Below, piece by piece: positions 11,716-24,140 of a stretch of 64,000 nt of DNA (position 1 is its first letter; each line of letters starts with the position of its first letter). The position numbers were made by a program, and so were the translations under genes. This DNA is from Squalus acanthias (lineage: Eukaryota). Location: positions 24,926,001-24,990,000 of the forward strand of contig CM059432.1 of NCBI GenBank assembly GCA_030390025.1, given 5' to 3'. The notes under the pieces are model-generated. The model saw nothing but the letters and a program-made list of their open reading frames with translations. It was not told the DNA's origin and searched no databases.

Positions 11716-12282
11716 AACAACAACAACAACAACAACTTGCTTTTATTGAGCGCCTTTAAGGCAGTAAAATGGAAGTCAAGGCGCTTCATTGTAGACTTCA
11801 TATCAGGCAAAAATTGACACCGAGCCAAAGAAGGAAACATTAGGACAGGTAACTGAAAGCCTGGTTAAAGAGATAGGTTTTAAAGAGGGTCTTAAAGGAG
11901 GAGAGAGAGTTGTAAAGGCAGAGAAGTTTAGGAAGGGAATTCCAAAGCTTAGGGCCTTGAGTGCTGCAGGCATGGCCGCCAATAGTGGGGCGAAGGGAGT
12001 GGGGAATGTGTAACAGGCCACAATTGGAAGAACGCAGAGTTAGAGGAGGATTGCCGGGCTGGAGGAGTTACAGACATAGGGACGGGCGAGGCTAAGAAGG
12101 GATTTGAACACGAGGATGATAAATTGAAAATGGAGGCATTCGGGGACTGGGAGGTAATGTAGGTCAGCGAGCACAATGGTGTTTAGTGAACGTGACTTGG
12201 TGCACGTTAGTACACTGGCAGCAGAATTTTGGATGAATTTAAGTTTATGGAAGATGGAAGATGGGAGGCCGACCAGGAGAGC
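11716..12282 (-). mobile_element. L2 LINE 3' fragment
   Basis: (CAA)n tail at 11716-11736. Minus ORF 12040-12357 has L2-like IQNSAASVLT..VLADLHYLPV. Confidence 0.75.
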
Positions 12283-15200
12283 ATAGAAACATAGACATAG
12301 AAACATAGAAGATAGGAGCAGGAGTAGGCCATTCGGCCCCCGAGCCTGCTCCGCCATTCAATGCGATCATGGCTGATCATCCAAATTCAGTACCCTGTCC
12401 CTGCTTTCTCCCCATATCCCTTGATCCCCTTAGCCTTAAGAAATATATCTAACTCCTTCTTGAATATATTTAATGAATTGGACTCAACTGTCTTCTGTGG
12501 TAGAGAATTCCACAGGTTCACCACTCTCTGGGTGAAGAAATTCCTCCTCATCTCAGTCCTAAATGGCTTACCCCTTATCCTTAGACTGTGACCCCTGGTT
12601 CTGGACTCCCCACCATCGGGAACATCATTCCTGCATCAAGTCTGTCTAGTCCTGTTAGAATTTTATAAGTTTCAATGAGATCCCCTTTCATTCTTCTAAA
12701 CTAAGCAAATACAAGCCCAATCGACCCAATCTCTCTTCGTACGTCATTCCTGCCATCCCAGGTATCAATCTGGTGAATCTTCGCTGCACTGTTTCCATGG
12801 CAAGAACAATCTTCCTCAGATAAGGCAACCAAAACTGCACACAATACTCAAGGTGTGGTCTCACCAAGGCCCTGTACAACTGCAGCAAGACATCCTTGCT
12901 CCTGTACTCGAATCCTCTCGCTATGAAGGCCAACATACCATTTGCCTTCTTAACTGCCTGCTGCACCTGCATGCTTACCTTCAGCGACTGGTGCACAAGG
13001 ACACCCAGGTCTCGTTGCACTTCCCCTTTTCCCAATCTATTGCCATTCAGATAATAATCTGCCTTACTGTTTTTGCCACCAAAGTGGATAACCTTGCATT
13101 TATCCACATTATACAGCATCTGCCATGCATCTGCCCAATCACCCAACCTGTCCAAATCATACTGGAGTTTCTCTGCATCCTCCTCACAGCACACATGCCC
13201 ACCCAGCTTTGTGTCGTCTGCAAACTTGGAGATACTTCATCTAGTTCCCTCGTCTAGATCATTAATATATTTTGTGAATAACTGGGGTCCTAGCACAAAT
13301 CCCTGCGGTACCCCACTAGTCACTGCCTGCCACTCGGAAAAAGACCCATTTATTCCAACTCTTTGCTTCCTGTCTGCCAACCAGTTTTCTATCCAAGACA
13401 TAACCTTACCCCCAATCCCGTGTGCTTTAACTTTGCACGCTAATCTCTTATGCGGGACCTTATCGAAAGCCTTCTGAAAGTCCAAATACACCACATCCAC
13501 TGGTTCTTCCTTATCTATTCTATCAGTTACTTCCTCAAAAAATTCCAGTAGATTAGTCAAGCATGATTTACCTTTTGTAAATCCATGTTGAGTTTGTCCG
13601 ATCCTGTCACTGTTTTCTAAGTGCTCTGCTATTACATCTTTTATAATGGACTCTAGCATTTTACTCACTACCGATGTCAGGCTTACTGGTCTATAATTCC
13701 CCATTTTTTCTCTACCACCTTTTTTAATAGTGAGGTTACATTAGCTACCCTCCAATCCATGGGAACTGTTCCAGAGTCTATAGAATTTTGGAAGATGACC
13801 AGCAATGCATCTATTATTTCTAAGGCCACTTCCTTAAGTACCCTAGGATGTAGATTATCAGGCCCTGGGGATTTATCGGCCTTCAATCCCATCAATTTCC
13901 CTAACACCATTTCCCTACACATACTGATTTCATTCAGTTCCTCCCACTCATTAGACCCTATGTTCCCCAACATCTCTGGGAGGTTATTTGTGTCCTCCTT
14001 TGTGAAGATAGAACGTATGTATGTATTTAATGGGTTTGCCATTTCTTTGTTCCCCATTATAAATTCCCCTGATTCTGACTGCAAGGGACCTATGCTTGAC
14101 TTCACCAATCTTTTTCTCTTCACATATCTATAGAAGCTTTTACAGTCAGTTTTTATGTTCCCTGAAAGCTTACTCTCATACTCTAGTTTCCCCCTCTTAA
14201 TTAATCCCTTTGTCCTCCTTTGCTGAATCCTAAACTGCTCCCAATCCTCAGGTTTGCTGCTTTTTCTGGCCAATTTATATCTCCTCTCCTTGGATCTTAT
14301 GCTATCCCTAATTTCCCTTGTTAGCCACCGTTGAGTCACCTTTTTTGTTTTAGTTTTATGCCAAACAGGGATGAACAAATTCTGTAGTTCATCCATGCAA
14401 TCTTTAAATGTTTGCCATTGCCTATCCACCATCAACCCTTTAAGTAACGTTCCCCAATCCATCCTAGCCAACTCGCCACTCATACCATCGTAGTTTCCTT
14501 TATTTAAATTCAGGACCCTAGTCTCTGAGTCAACTACTTCACTCTCCATCTTAATGAAGAATTCTATCATATTATGATCGCTCCTCCCCAAGGGACCTCG
14601 CACAACAAGATTGCTAATCAATCCTTTCTCATTACATAATACCCAGTCTAAGATGGCCTGATCTCCAGTTGGTTCCTTGACATATTGGTTCAGGAAACCA
14701 TCCCGTATACACTCTAGGAATTCCTCCTCCACAGTATTGTTAATAATTTGGTTAGCCCAATCTACATGTAGATTAAAGTCACCCATGATAACTGCTGTGC
14801 CCTTCTTGCACATGTCTCTAATTTCCCGTTTAATGCCATCCCCAACCTCAGCATTACTATTTGGGGGTCTGTATGCAACTCCCACTAACATTTTCTGCCC
14901 CTTGGTATTTCTCAGCTCTACCCATACAGATTCCACATCATCAGAGCTAATATCCTTCCTTACTATTGTGTTAATCTCCTCTTTAACCAGCAATGCTACC
15001 CCACCTCCTTTTCCTTTTTGCCTGTCCTTCCTGAATATTGAATACCCCTGGATGTTGAATTCCCAGCCTTGGTCACCCTGGAGCCATGTCTCCGTAATCC
15101 CAATTATATCATATCCGTTTACATCTATTTGCACAGCTAATTCATCCACCTTATTACGAATGCTCCTCGCATTAAGACACAGAGCCTTCAGGCTTGTTTT

Positions 15201-15558
15201 TTTAACACTCATTTAGAATATTGTTTACTGTGGCCATGTTTGATTTACACCCTTGATTTCTCTGCCTTCCACTTTTGCTTTTTTCCTTCCTGTCTTGTGT
15301 TTCTATCCTTGCTTCCCTTTCCTCTGTCTCCCTGCACAGGTTCCCAACCCCATTTTAGTTTAAACCCTCCCCAACAGCACTAGCAAATACTCGCCCTAGG
15401 ACATCGGTCCGGGTCCTGCCCAGATGCAAACCGTCCAGTTTGTACTGGTCCCACCTCCCCCAGAACTGCTTCCAATGTCCCAGGAATTTGAATCCCTCCC
15501 CCTTGCAGCATTCTTCTAGCCACGTATTCATCTGAAATATCCTTCTATTTCTACTCAC
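12283..15558 (-). mobile_element. CR1 LINE, 3.3 kb: ORF1 C-terminus (SGNH esterase-like) + frameshifted ORF2 (APE endonuclease + RT)
   Basis: 13683-15212: LNARSIRNK, GITETW, MGDFN, SDHN, SPGPD. 13237-13704: [24 protein letters not shown]. 12688-13194: RT C-terminus. Frame ending at 15355 has DGLHL..VGEGLN. CATAGAAA tail. Confidence 0.96.
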
Positions 15559-15982
15559 CGGAATAGTTGAACCAGAGGACTGGAGAATGGCCAATGTAAT
15601 ACCCATTATTAAAAAGGTAGACACATATAATCTGGGTAATTACATCTGTGATAGAGAAATATTTGGGGGGAAAAATTCGGTATCGCCCATTTTGAGGCAC
15701 TAATATCACAAATTATCGCTGGCAACTGCAAAATTCGTCTCCAGCGCCCCTGGAGGTGATTGGAGCGCTAAATCAAGCACTACACACCTCTCTTATGGGC
15801 GCTAACGTCGGGGAACAAGGCGTTACCTCAGAGCGCTACTCAAGCAATTACCTTGTACTCAGACAGACTGGTGCCTTCCAGTTCTTAAAGGGGAGGGTCC
15901 ATCATGCTGCACAGTCTCACCCTGCTCATTGCAGCGTTTGACCTCGGCCTGCAAGCAGGTAAAAATCTTCACCAAAGATTCA

Positions 15983-17860
15983 TGATAGCTACTCAGAGGC
16001 CCAGGGAGAGAGCTCGCTGGTTTAGCGACCAGGCATTGGTGGCTCTAGTTGGCGCTGTGGAACGCCGACGGGCAGTGCTGTTTCCAGAGACTGGCAGGAG
16101 GCCATTGCCCCGAGAGTTTACAAGGGTGTGGCGGGAGGTGGCCCAGCATGTTTCATCCAGGAGCCTGGTCCAAAGGACGCATACGCAGTGCCACAAGAAG
16201 TTCAACGACCTCACTCGGGTGGTCAGGGTGAGTACCTGCTTGAAAAACCTCTACATCCCACCATCTCAACCTCACTCTGTGCACAGACAGTGTAAATCCC
16301 CAAATCCCCAACACTCACCCAACAACTATGCCCATCTACTAAAACTCACATGCCCATCCCACACCTTGCACACATTAACGGCTATTCAACTATGGTAGGC
16401 ACATCTGCCAAACACATGGCTGCACACACGTGCTGCCCTTTTACTTGCAGGCTAACTGGAGGGAGAACAACGCACAGGGGGAGGACAGGCAGAGCTGCAC
16501 CCCCTCACACAACTGGAGGAGCGAGTCCACAGACTCATCGCCAGTCATGTCGTGGGCGCTGTGGCAGTTGGAGAGGTCGACCCCCTTGGGGACAGCAATG
16601 GTATGTTCATCAGCTTTATCTTCTCTCTCATACAACTTCCCCCTCACAACACAAGCCTTTTACGCTTTCCATCTAACTATACTGTCTCCATTCCTTGCTC
16701 CCTTCCTGCCCCGTGCCCTCATGTTAAAGCCACTCTTGTACCTTCCTGCTTTCAGATAGTGAGCCACCAGCTGACCAGCCTGTCCCTCAGCCTCCCAGTG
16801 GCAGTGATGCGGGAGAGGAGGTGGAACACGAAGCCCGCGCCTCACCGCCTGCATCTCCCGAGGGTGAGACATCCGATACTGGGGTCATGTGTTCACTGGA
16901 GGGGAGCAGGGAGTTTCCATCTGATGTGGGTGAAACTCCGGGACCCAGTGAGCTGCAGCAATGCCATGGGGGAAGGGATGCTCGGGGGCCATCTCTCCGG
17001 AGGGTGAGTGCGCGCACGAGTTCTGCTGCACAGGACTCGGATGAGGACCTCGATATAGCGGCGATGAATACTCCGGCGATGAGCTCATTGGCAAGGGTGC
17101 CCGACAGCATGGGTGCACTGGCTAGGAGCGTGGAGGAGTCTGCCACCAGCACAGCTGTCATCTGTATGCAAACCCTCGATCCCATCCTTGCCTCGTTGCA
17201 GAGGATGGTTGACTTGCAGAGAGACCGTGGGGACCCAGGGGCCATGCCGCGTGTAAAGGGTGAGGTGGCAACATCCATTGCAGCACAGGCCGAGGCAAGG
17301 CAACGGCTTAGTGCTGGAATCGAGTCAGTGGTTGGTGCCATCCAATCTCAGACTGCTCTGATGCACTCTCAGATTGATGCCACGCAAGCGCTGACTGCTG
17401 CCATCGTCGCTGGGTCGCCCACAGTCCACCGGGGATCTCATGGTGCCGCAGCAGGCCAGCAATCTGTGCCCCGGGGGAGTGGCAGTGTGTCAGTTGAGCA
17501 GGGAGGTGCTGTCTTCTCTCGGGATTGAGAGGTCGCACAACACCAGGTTATAGTCCAACTTGTTTGTGATTTCAAATAAAACTGTTGGACTATAACCTGG
17601 TGTTGTGCGACCTCTCAATTTTGTCCACCCCAGTCCAACACCGGCATCTCCGCAACATTCTCTCGGGATGACAGCATTCCTGCTGCCACCACTGCTACTC
17701 TGCCATTGCACTTGCCATAGCCTGTAACCCAGCCAGCCCAGACTGCTGCCGCCCATGCTGAGTTGGTGCAGTCTGCAGCCGGGCCCTGCAGGCCCAGAGC
17801 TAATCGAGGGCTTTTGCAAGGCCATCTGCAGTCTCTGGATCCGAGATTCAGCAGCCTTCC
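15983..17860 (+). pseudogene. Harbinger Myb/SANT-like DNA-binding protein gene, 3 exons (~15983-16227, 16451-16600, 16756-~17860), disrupted
   Basis: Exon 1 RERARWFSDQAL..W..VA..RTHTQCHKKFNDL. Splice sites AGG|GTGAGT, TTGCAG|, G|GTATGT, TTTCAG|. Exon 2 RTGGGQAELHPLTQLEE needs a frameshift. Exon 3 is cut by an insert at 17526. 3' end approximate. Confidence 0.8.
17526..17657. mobile_element. Short hairpin-forming insert, probably a pLTR fragment of a second Penelope-like family
   Basis: TSD TTCTCTCGGGAT (17514-17525, 17658-17669). Perfect 36-bp inverted repeat at 17524-17559 / 17584-17619. Confidence 0.7.
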
Positions 17861-18269
17861 GCCAGCCTTGCTGCAGCCACTGTGGCCACATTACGGAGGA
17901 GCAGTAGGGTGGGAAGGGGGGAAGTGCGAAAGGGAGGGAGATCATTCTCGAAGGGCGAATAACTAAAAATTCTCAAACAAATGGGGGGAATGTTTGTCCC
18001 AAAGTTGGATGTTTATGTAAATATATTGTTCACTCTGTTAACGCTTATCTCGATGTGGTAAGAACCCATTTTGTTTGTTAATGAATTGTTGTGTTTGTTT
18101 GTTATTGGTTGTGCTTAATAAGACACAGTTTGTCAGAAAAATAATTTTTTTATTGAAACCAGACAACTTTGCCAATTTTACTCATTGGAGCTTTGTCTGG
18201 TAATAGGGGCTTTGGGATGGTTGTAATCATGTGCTTCTTCATCCCAAAAGCCATCTTCTCTGTCATTCA

Positions 18270-19442
18270 TCAGAAGCGGTGTCTTATCAGGCGTTCATGA
18301 ACGGCCCTTGCAGAGGCAACATTGAGCGCCTCCCTCCCACATTGGTGCTGCTCATCCTCCTCTTCATCCTCCTCCTCCGCCTCCTCTTCCTCTTCCTCCT
18401 CTCCCTCTTCCTGAGGTGGTGCACCAATCCCTGGTGGCAATGGCTGTGTTCTCAGAATTGCGAGGTTGTGAAGCATGCAGCACGCAACAATAAAAGCGAT
18501 ACTCGCTCGGGAGAGTACTGCAGGGCTCCTGCAGAGTGGTCAAGACACTGGAACCGTTGCTTCAAGACACCGATCGTCTGTTCAATGAGGTTCCTGGTGG
18601 CGCTATGGCTCTCATTGTATGCGAGCTCAGCAGGAGTTACGGTTATGGAGCGGTGTCATCAACCAGGTGCAGAGTGGATAGCTCTTGTCCCCGAGGAGCC
18701 AACCATAAGGTTGATGCGGTGGTTGGAACAGGTCTGGGACACCAGTCTGGTGCAGGATGAATGCATCGTGGCTGCTGCCAGGATAGTGGGCATTGACGGC
18801 GAGGATGCACTGTCTGTGGTCGCAAACCAACTGGACGTTAAGAGAGTGGAAGCCTTTGTGGTTGCGGAAAACCTCTGCATTTTCATGAGGTTCCCGCAAT
18901 GCCACATGCGTGCAGTCAATGGCGCCCTGAACCATGGGGAAGCCCGCTATCCTAGCGAAGCTACATGCGCATTCACGCTGTTTGTCTCGGGTCATGGGGA
19001 ATGAGAAGAACTCCCTTCTCCTTTGGTAGAGAGCATTTGTGACCTCCCGGATGTAGCAATGGACAGTGAACTGGGAGATGTTTGCAATATCCCCAGTTGA
19101 AACCTGGAAGGAGCCGCTGGCATAGAAATTGAGAGCCACCATCACCTTCACTGCCACCGACAGAGACGTCCTGGTCCTGAGCTGAGGCTGCAGCTCTGGC
19201 TGCAGGAGGTGGCAGAGCTCTGTGACCGCCTCCTTGCTGAAGAGGAGCCTTCTAAAACACTGCTCCTCAGATAAATTAATGTAGGATAATTGCTCCCGGA
19301 ACACCCTGGGAGGGTAAGGTCTCCTGTGCAGAGCCCTGTTGGCCCTCCTCCCTCTTGCCACGTTTGCCACTCTCTCTCTCCGCCTCTGCTGCCTCCGAAG
19401 GTGAAGCTGGAGCACGACGCCCCATGTTAGTACAGCCCCCAT
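18270..19442 (-). pseudogene. Harbinger (HARBI1-family) DDE transposase, frameshifted
   Basis: ORF 18627-19442: ALNFYASGSFQ, GAIDCTH, KGFHSLNVQLVCD, PGSSHDAFIL, LLGDKSYP, WLMTP. Next frame IEQTIGVLKQRFQCL, then MLHNLAI, acidic tail and stop at 18270. Confidence 0.92.
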
Positions 19443-20007
19443 TTAATGATAGCGTTAAATGCCTCTCTCCCTCTCTCAACCTGCGTATGCAGAATATTTT
19501 GCCGACAGGAAAAAGCAGCAAGCGCACGCCTTTAAATAGCGCTCCCTCAGCTCCCAGCCGACTGCAAAAGGTCCCCCTCTACCTGTCGTTCCTAAAGGCA
19601 GGAGCTAAGGCAGTGTGCGAGAATCAATTTCTGGTCCGGGGCGTTGCGCGCTTCGATGACGTCCTGATCTCCGGGTGCAGGAGATCGTGGCGGTAGTGTT
19701 TAGCGCCACCGCAAAGTGCCAGGTCAATTTCGCAGGTGGCAATAAAATCGCTGCGCTCGGGCGGTAAGTCGTTAGTGCCCCGTTAGCGCCCCCCGGAGGC
19801 GCTAATGGGAGGCACTAGCCAACTGAATTTTTCCCCCTTAAAGTCTTTAATTAAGGATGAAATTACCACGTATCTAGACAAAGATAAGATAGTCAGAAAT
19901 AGCCAGCATGGACTTCAAAAGGGAAGATTGTGCTTTACAAACCATATAAAATTCTTTGAGGGGGTAACAGACTTGGTAGATGGGGGAAATGCAGTGAATG
20001 TATTGGG

Positions 20008-21022
20008 GTGTTGCCAGAGGACGAGAGGATTGCAAATGTTACACCCCTGTTCAAAAAAGGCAAGAGAGATAAGCTCGACAATTACAGGCAAGTCAGCCTA
20101 ATGTTGGTGGTGGGGAAACTTTTAGAGGAAATATTCCGGGACAAAATTAATTGGCACTTGGAAAATTATGGGCTAACAAATGAAAGTCAGCATGGATTTG
20201 TTAAAGGCAAACCATGTTTGATTAACTTCACTGAGTTCTTTAATGAAATTTAATGCAGAGAAGTGTGTAGTGATATATTTTGGTAGGAAGAATGAGGAGA
20301 GGCAATATGAATTGGATGGTACAATTTAAGGGGGGTGCAGGAAGACCTGGGGGTGTATGTACACAAATCTTGAAGGTTGCAGGACACGTTGAGAAGGCTG
20401 TTAAAAAAGCATATGGGTTGCTTGGCTTTATTAATAGAGGCACAGAATATAAAAACAAGAAGTTATGCTAAACTTTTATAAAACCCTAGTTAGGCCACAG
20501 CTGGAGTATTCAATTCCGGGCACCACACTTTAGGAAAGATGTCTAGGCCTTAGAGAGGGTGCAGAAGACATTTACTAGAATGGTAGCAGGGATTAGGTAC
20601 TTCAGTTATGCGGAGAGACTGGAGAAGTTGGGGCTATTGTCCTTAGAGTAGAGAAGGTTAAGAGGAGATTTGAGAGTGTTGTACAAAATCATGGACAGTT
20701 TTGATAGATTAATTAAGAATAAACTGTTTCCAGTGGCAGAAGGGTCAGTAACGAGAGCGCACAGATTTAAGGTGATTAGCAAAAGAGCCAGAGGCGACAT
20801 GAGGACTTTTTTTATGCAACAAGTTGTTGTGATCGGGTGTACACTGCCTGAAAGGGATTCAATAGTAACTTTCAAGACGGAATTGGATAAATACTTGAAG
20901 GGGAAAAATTTACAGGGCTATGGGGAAAGAGCAGAAGAGTGTGACTAATTGGATAGCTCTTTCAACAAGCCGGCACAGGCACATGGGCCGAATGGCCTCC
21001 TTCTGTGCTCTATGATTCTATG
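20008..21022 (+). mobile_element. CR1 LINE with internal deletion, nested in older CR1
   Basis: ORFs 20008-20253 (ANVTPLFKKG, NYRQVSL), 20280-20471, 20670-20948. CTATGATTCTATG tail. Jump from RT N-terminus to C-terminal region near 20245. Confidence 0.85.
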
Positions 21023-21420
21023 AAGTATACAAGGTCTTTAGGAAACCTTTGCCAAGGTACCACATGGGAGATTACTGAGAAGATTAATAGGTAAGGAATT
21101 CGGAGGAGGATAGCAAACTGGATTAAAAATTGATTAGAATGGGGGACAACAAAAGGTAGAGTTAATTGTAGTTTGTCAGTGTGTTTAGAAGATTGTGGTG
21201 GTGTCCCTCAGGGTTCAGCTCTGGGGTTATTTCTGTTCACTGTGTACATCAATGATTTGGATATAGGCCTAGAGAGAGTGGTGTTGACATTTGCAGAGGA
21301 TATCAAAACGGGAGGCATAGTTCATTCTTTAGGTGACCAAAGGAAACTGCAAAGGGATATTGATAAGATGGCTTTATGGACTAGAGAGTGTGAGATGGAA
21401 TTCAGTGTGAACTGATACAT
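21023..21420 (+). mobile_element. Old CR1 RT fragment (continuation of 19838-20007)
   Basis: ORF 21173-21415 GGVPQGSALG..YINDLD..FAED. Confidence 0.75.
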
Positions 21421-21756
21421 TTTTGTAAACAAAATAACAGCAGGAATTCTACTCTGAATGGAAGTAGGCTTGATATTATGAAGAACAGAGTGACTTGAGG
21501 ATACAAGGATCACTGGTTTGGCTGCCAAGCCCCTGAGAATACTGGTCACAGCCGAGACGTTGTTGCTAGCCAATTGTGCAAAAGAACAATTTCCTCACAC
21601 TAGACAGCATCCTAGTGAATCTGCAATGTACCGTCTCTGAAGCCTCAATGTCCTTTCTACAGCGTGAAGCCCAATACTGCACACAGCACGCTAACTGAGG
21701 TTTTATTAAGGTTTTATACAGGCTTATTATTATCTCTTGGCTTTTATATTCTATTT

Positions 21757-22545
21757 TAAGGTTTTAAGGAGCATCTTAGAGGAGGAGAGAAAGGCAGAGA
21801 AGTTTAGGGCGGAAATTCCAGAGCTTAGGACCAAGGCAGCTGAAAGCACGGCCGCCAATGGTGTAGCGATTAAAATCAGGGATGCGCAAGAGACCAAAAT
21901 TGAAGGAGTGCAGAGATCATGAAGGCTTGTAGCTTGTAGGGCTTTGAAAACAAGGATGAGGATTTTAAAATTAAGGTGTTGTCAGACCGGGAGCCAGTGC
22001 AGGTCAGCAAGCACAGAAGTGATGGGTGAATGAGACTTGGTTCGAGTTAAGATATGGGCAGCAGAGTGTTGGATGAGCACAAGTTTATATAGGGTAGAAA
22101 ATGGGAGGCTGAAGGAAGAGGGTTTTAGTAGCAGATGAGCTGAGGGAGGGTCGGAGTCGAGCGATGTTACTGAGGTGGAAGTAGGCAGTCTTGGTGATGG
22201 AGTGAATATGTAGTCAGAAGCACATCTCAAGGTCAAACACAACACCAAGGTTGTGAACAGTCTGGCTCAGCATCAGACAGTTACCAGGGATGGAAACGGT
22301 GGTCATGGAATGGAGTTTGTGGTGGGGCCCAAAGACAATGGCTTCAGTCTTCCCAATATTTAGTTGGAGGAAATTTCTGCTCATCCAATATTGGATGTCG
22401 GACAAGCAGTGTGACCAATCAGAGTTAGTGGAGGAGGGTCAAGAGAGGTGGTGGTCAGATAGAGCAAAGTGTCATCAGCATACATGTGAAAATTGATGTC
22501 TTTTCGGCTGATATCACAGAGGGGCAGCATGTCGATGAAAAATAG
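21757..22545 (-). mobile_element. L2 LINE fragment(s)
   Basis: Minus ORFs FHMYADDTLLYL, WMSRNFLQLNIGKTEAIVFG, VLADLHWLPV. Confidence 0.8.
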
Positions 22546-23457
22546 ATGGTCAAGGCAGATGGCCACTGTACAGATTTACCCAACATTTTGTAACTGTGGC
22601 AGTCTCGCTCTGAGCAACCACAAGATGGGTGCTATGGGAATGGTGAAGTAGGAAGCCTTGTGTTGCTGCGGTATGTTATTGGGCCAAAGTAGAGGAAAAA
22701 AAGAAAGACTTGCTTTCATATGGCACCTTGCCACATCTCTCAGAAACATCTCAAAGCATTTCACCTACATTGAATTACTTTGAAGTGCCATCAACTGCTG
22801 ATATGTAGCCAACTTTACTCTCCATCAAATTGTGCAGTACTACACTGGAAGTGCTTGACACTGACACTGGGTGCCTGAAATGAAAAAACAAAGTTCTATT
22901 TTCCACATTACTCACATTGATGAGCACAACTTTAAAAAAATAGAATACAATCATATTACTTTAAAACTCTATCCTTGTCAGTTGAAGTGCCAAGGAGTTA
23001 AAGACAGTGATAGAGAGAGAACAGCTGTTCTATGTCCTGGTGATAAGACAAACACTCAGCGACAGATTGACTGCAACAAGACAATTACAGCCATGCATGA
23101 CATATATTTATGATCATGTCATGGGGTGTCTTCACGGTAAAAATTGTGATGCAAATTAATTACCTTTATTGGAAAAACTTGTGCCATCTGTAATGAATAT
23201 TAACAAAACCATCAAGTACCTTACCCCAAACGTAATGGAGACAGAAACAACAACAAAGAAGGAAAGAGGTTTTTTGAGTTCACAATACATAAGTCTTCTA
23301 ATTGAAGTGGGCAGATTAAACACCATTGAGAACCTCAATTAAAAAGATGAAAGCTTTATTTAACACACGTTCATTTGACAATTGACTTGGACAATGTGCA
23401 TCACATCTAAAAATAATAATATTTTTGGTTGTGCCCTGCATTGTCACTATGGTTAGG

Positions 23458-23915
23458 TATCAGCCTTGGCTCAGTGGTAGCACACTCGCTTCTGATTCAG
23501 TAGATTGTAGGTTCAAGTCCCACTCGAAAGACTTGAGCACATAATCTAGGCTGATACTCCAGTGTAGTACTGATGGAGTGCTGCACTGTTGGAAGGGCTG
23601 TCTTTCAGATGAAATGCTTAACCGAGGCCTCGTTTGCCCGCTCAGATGGACATAAAATATCCCACAGCACTATTTCGAAGAGCAGGGAAGTTCTCCCCGG
23701 TCTCCTGGCCAATGTTTATCCCTCAACCAATGCCACGAAAACAGATTATCTAGTCATTAACCTCAATACTATTTGTGGGACCTTGCTGTGTGCTAATTGC
23801 CTATCACATCTCCTACATGACAACAGTGACTATACTTCAAAAATATTTTGTTGTCTATAAAGCGCTTGAGATGTCATGAGGTCATGAAAGGTGTTATAAA
23901 AATTCAAGTTCTTTA
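23458..23915 (+). mobile_element. tRNA-derived DeuSINE (SacSINE1-like), full length
   Basis: Box A TGGCTCAGTGG, box B GGTTCAAGTCC, central CTCCTGGCCAATGTTTATCCCTCAACCAA, L2-like tail AAAGCGCTT..GAAAGGTGTTATA. Confidence 0.8.
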
Positions 23916-24140
23916 CTTCTTTACATATTAGACACTAATGAGTTAGAAGGTATGAGCAACAGTAGGCAATTTTGTTTTTGTTTTTCTGATGATTATAAGA
24001 TTTGGACTCGGCCTTTTGCCAAACATAGCATTAGTGAATAAGTAAGTACAAAATAAGAATACAAATAAATTATGAAGCCTTTTCAGTCTCAAGTGTCAGG
24101 CAAGGCATTTTAATGATTATGTAATGCAACAGTCACTTAG

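Larger units (their letters stand above)
15666..19837. mobile_element. PIF/Harbinger DNA transposon with autonomous-type structure (convergent Myb/SANT and transposase genes), mutated
   Basis: TIRs GGGGGAAAAATTCGGT (15666) and ACTGAATTTTTCCCCC (ends 19837). Flanks TTG/TTA fit a TWA TSD. Interrupts an old CR1 that rejoins as GAAATAT-TTA-AAGTCTTTAATTAAGGAT. Confidence 0.93.

Noticed and set aside
12853..15216. Plus-strand ORFs antisense to CR1 ORF2 (similarly antisense ORFs over the Gypsy and Harbinger genes)
   Set aside because: Shadow frames of transposon coding sequence that recur in other copies; no independent coding evidence.
18270..19442. Host HARBI1 gene (and NAIF1-like partner)
   Set aside because: Enclosed by TIRs and a TSD, inserted inside a CR1 and frameshifted: a transposon copy, not a domesticated gene.
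23458..23530. tRNA gene (A and B boxes; also at ~27690, 32090, 40740)
   Set aside because: No complete cloverleaf, and each is followed by the same SINE body and tail.
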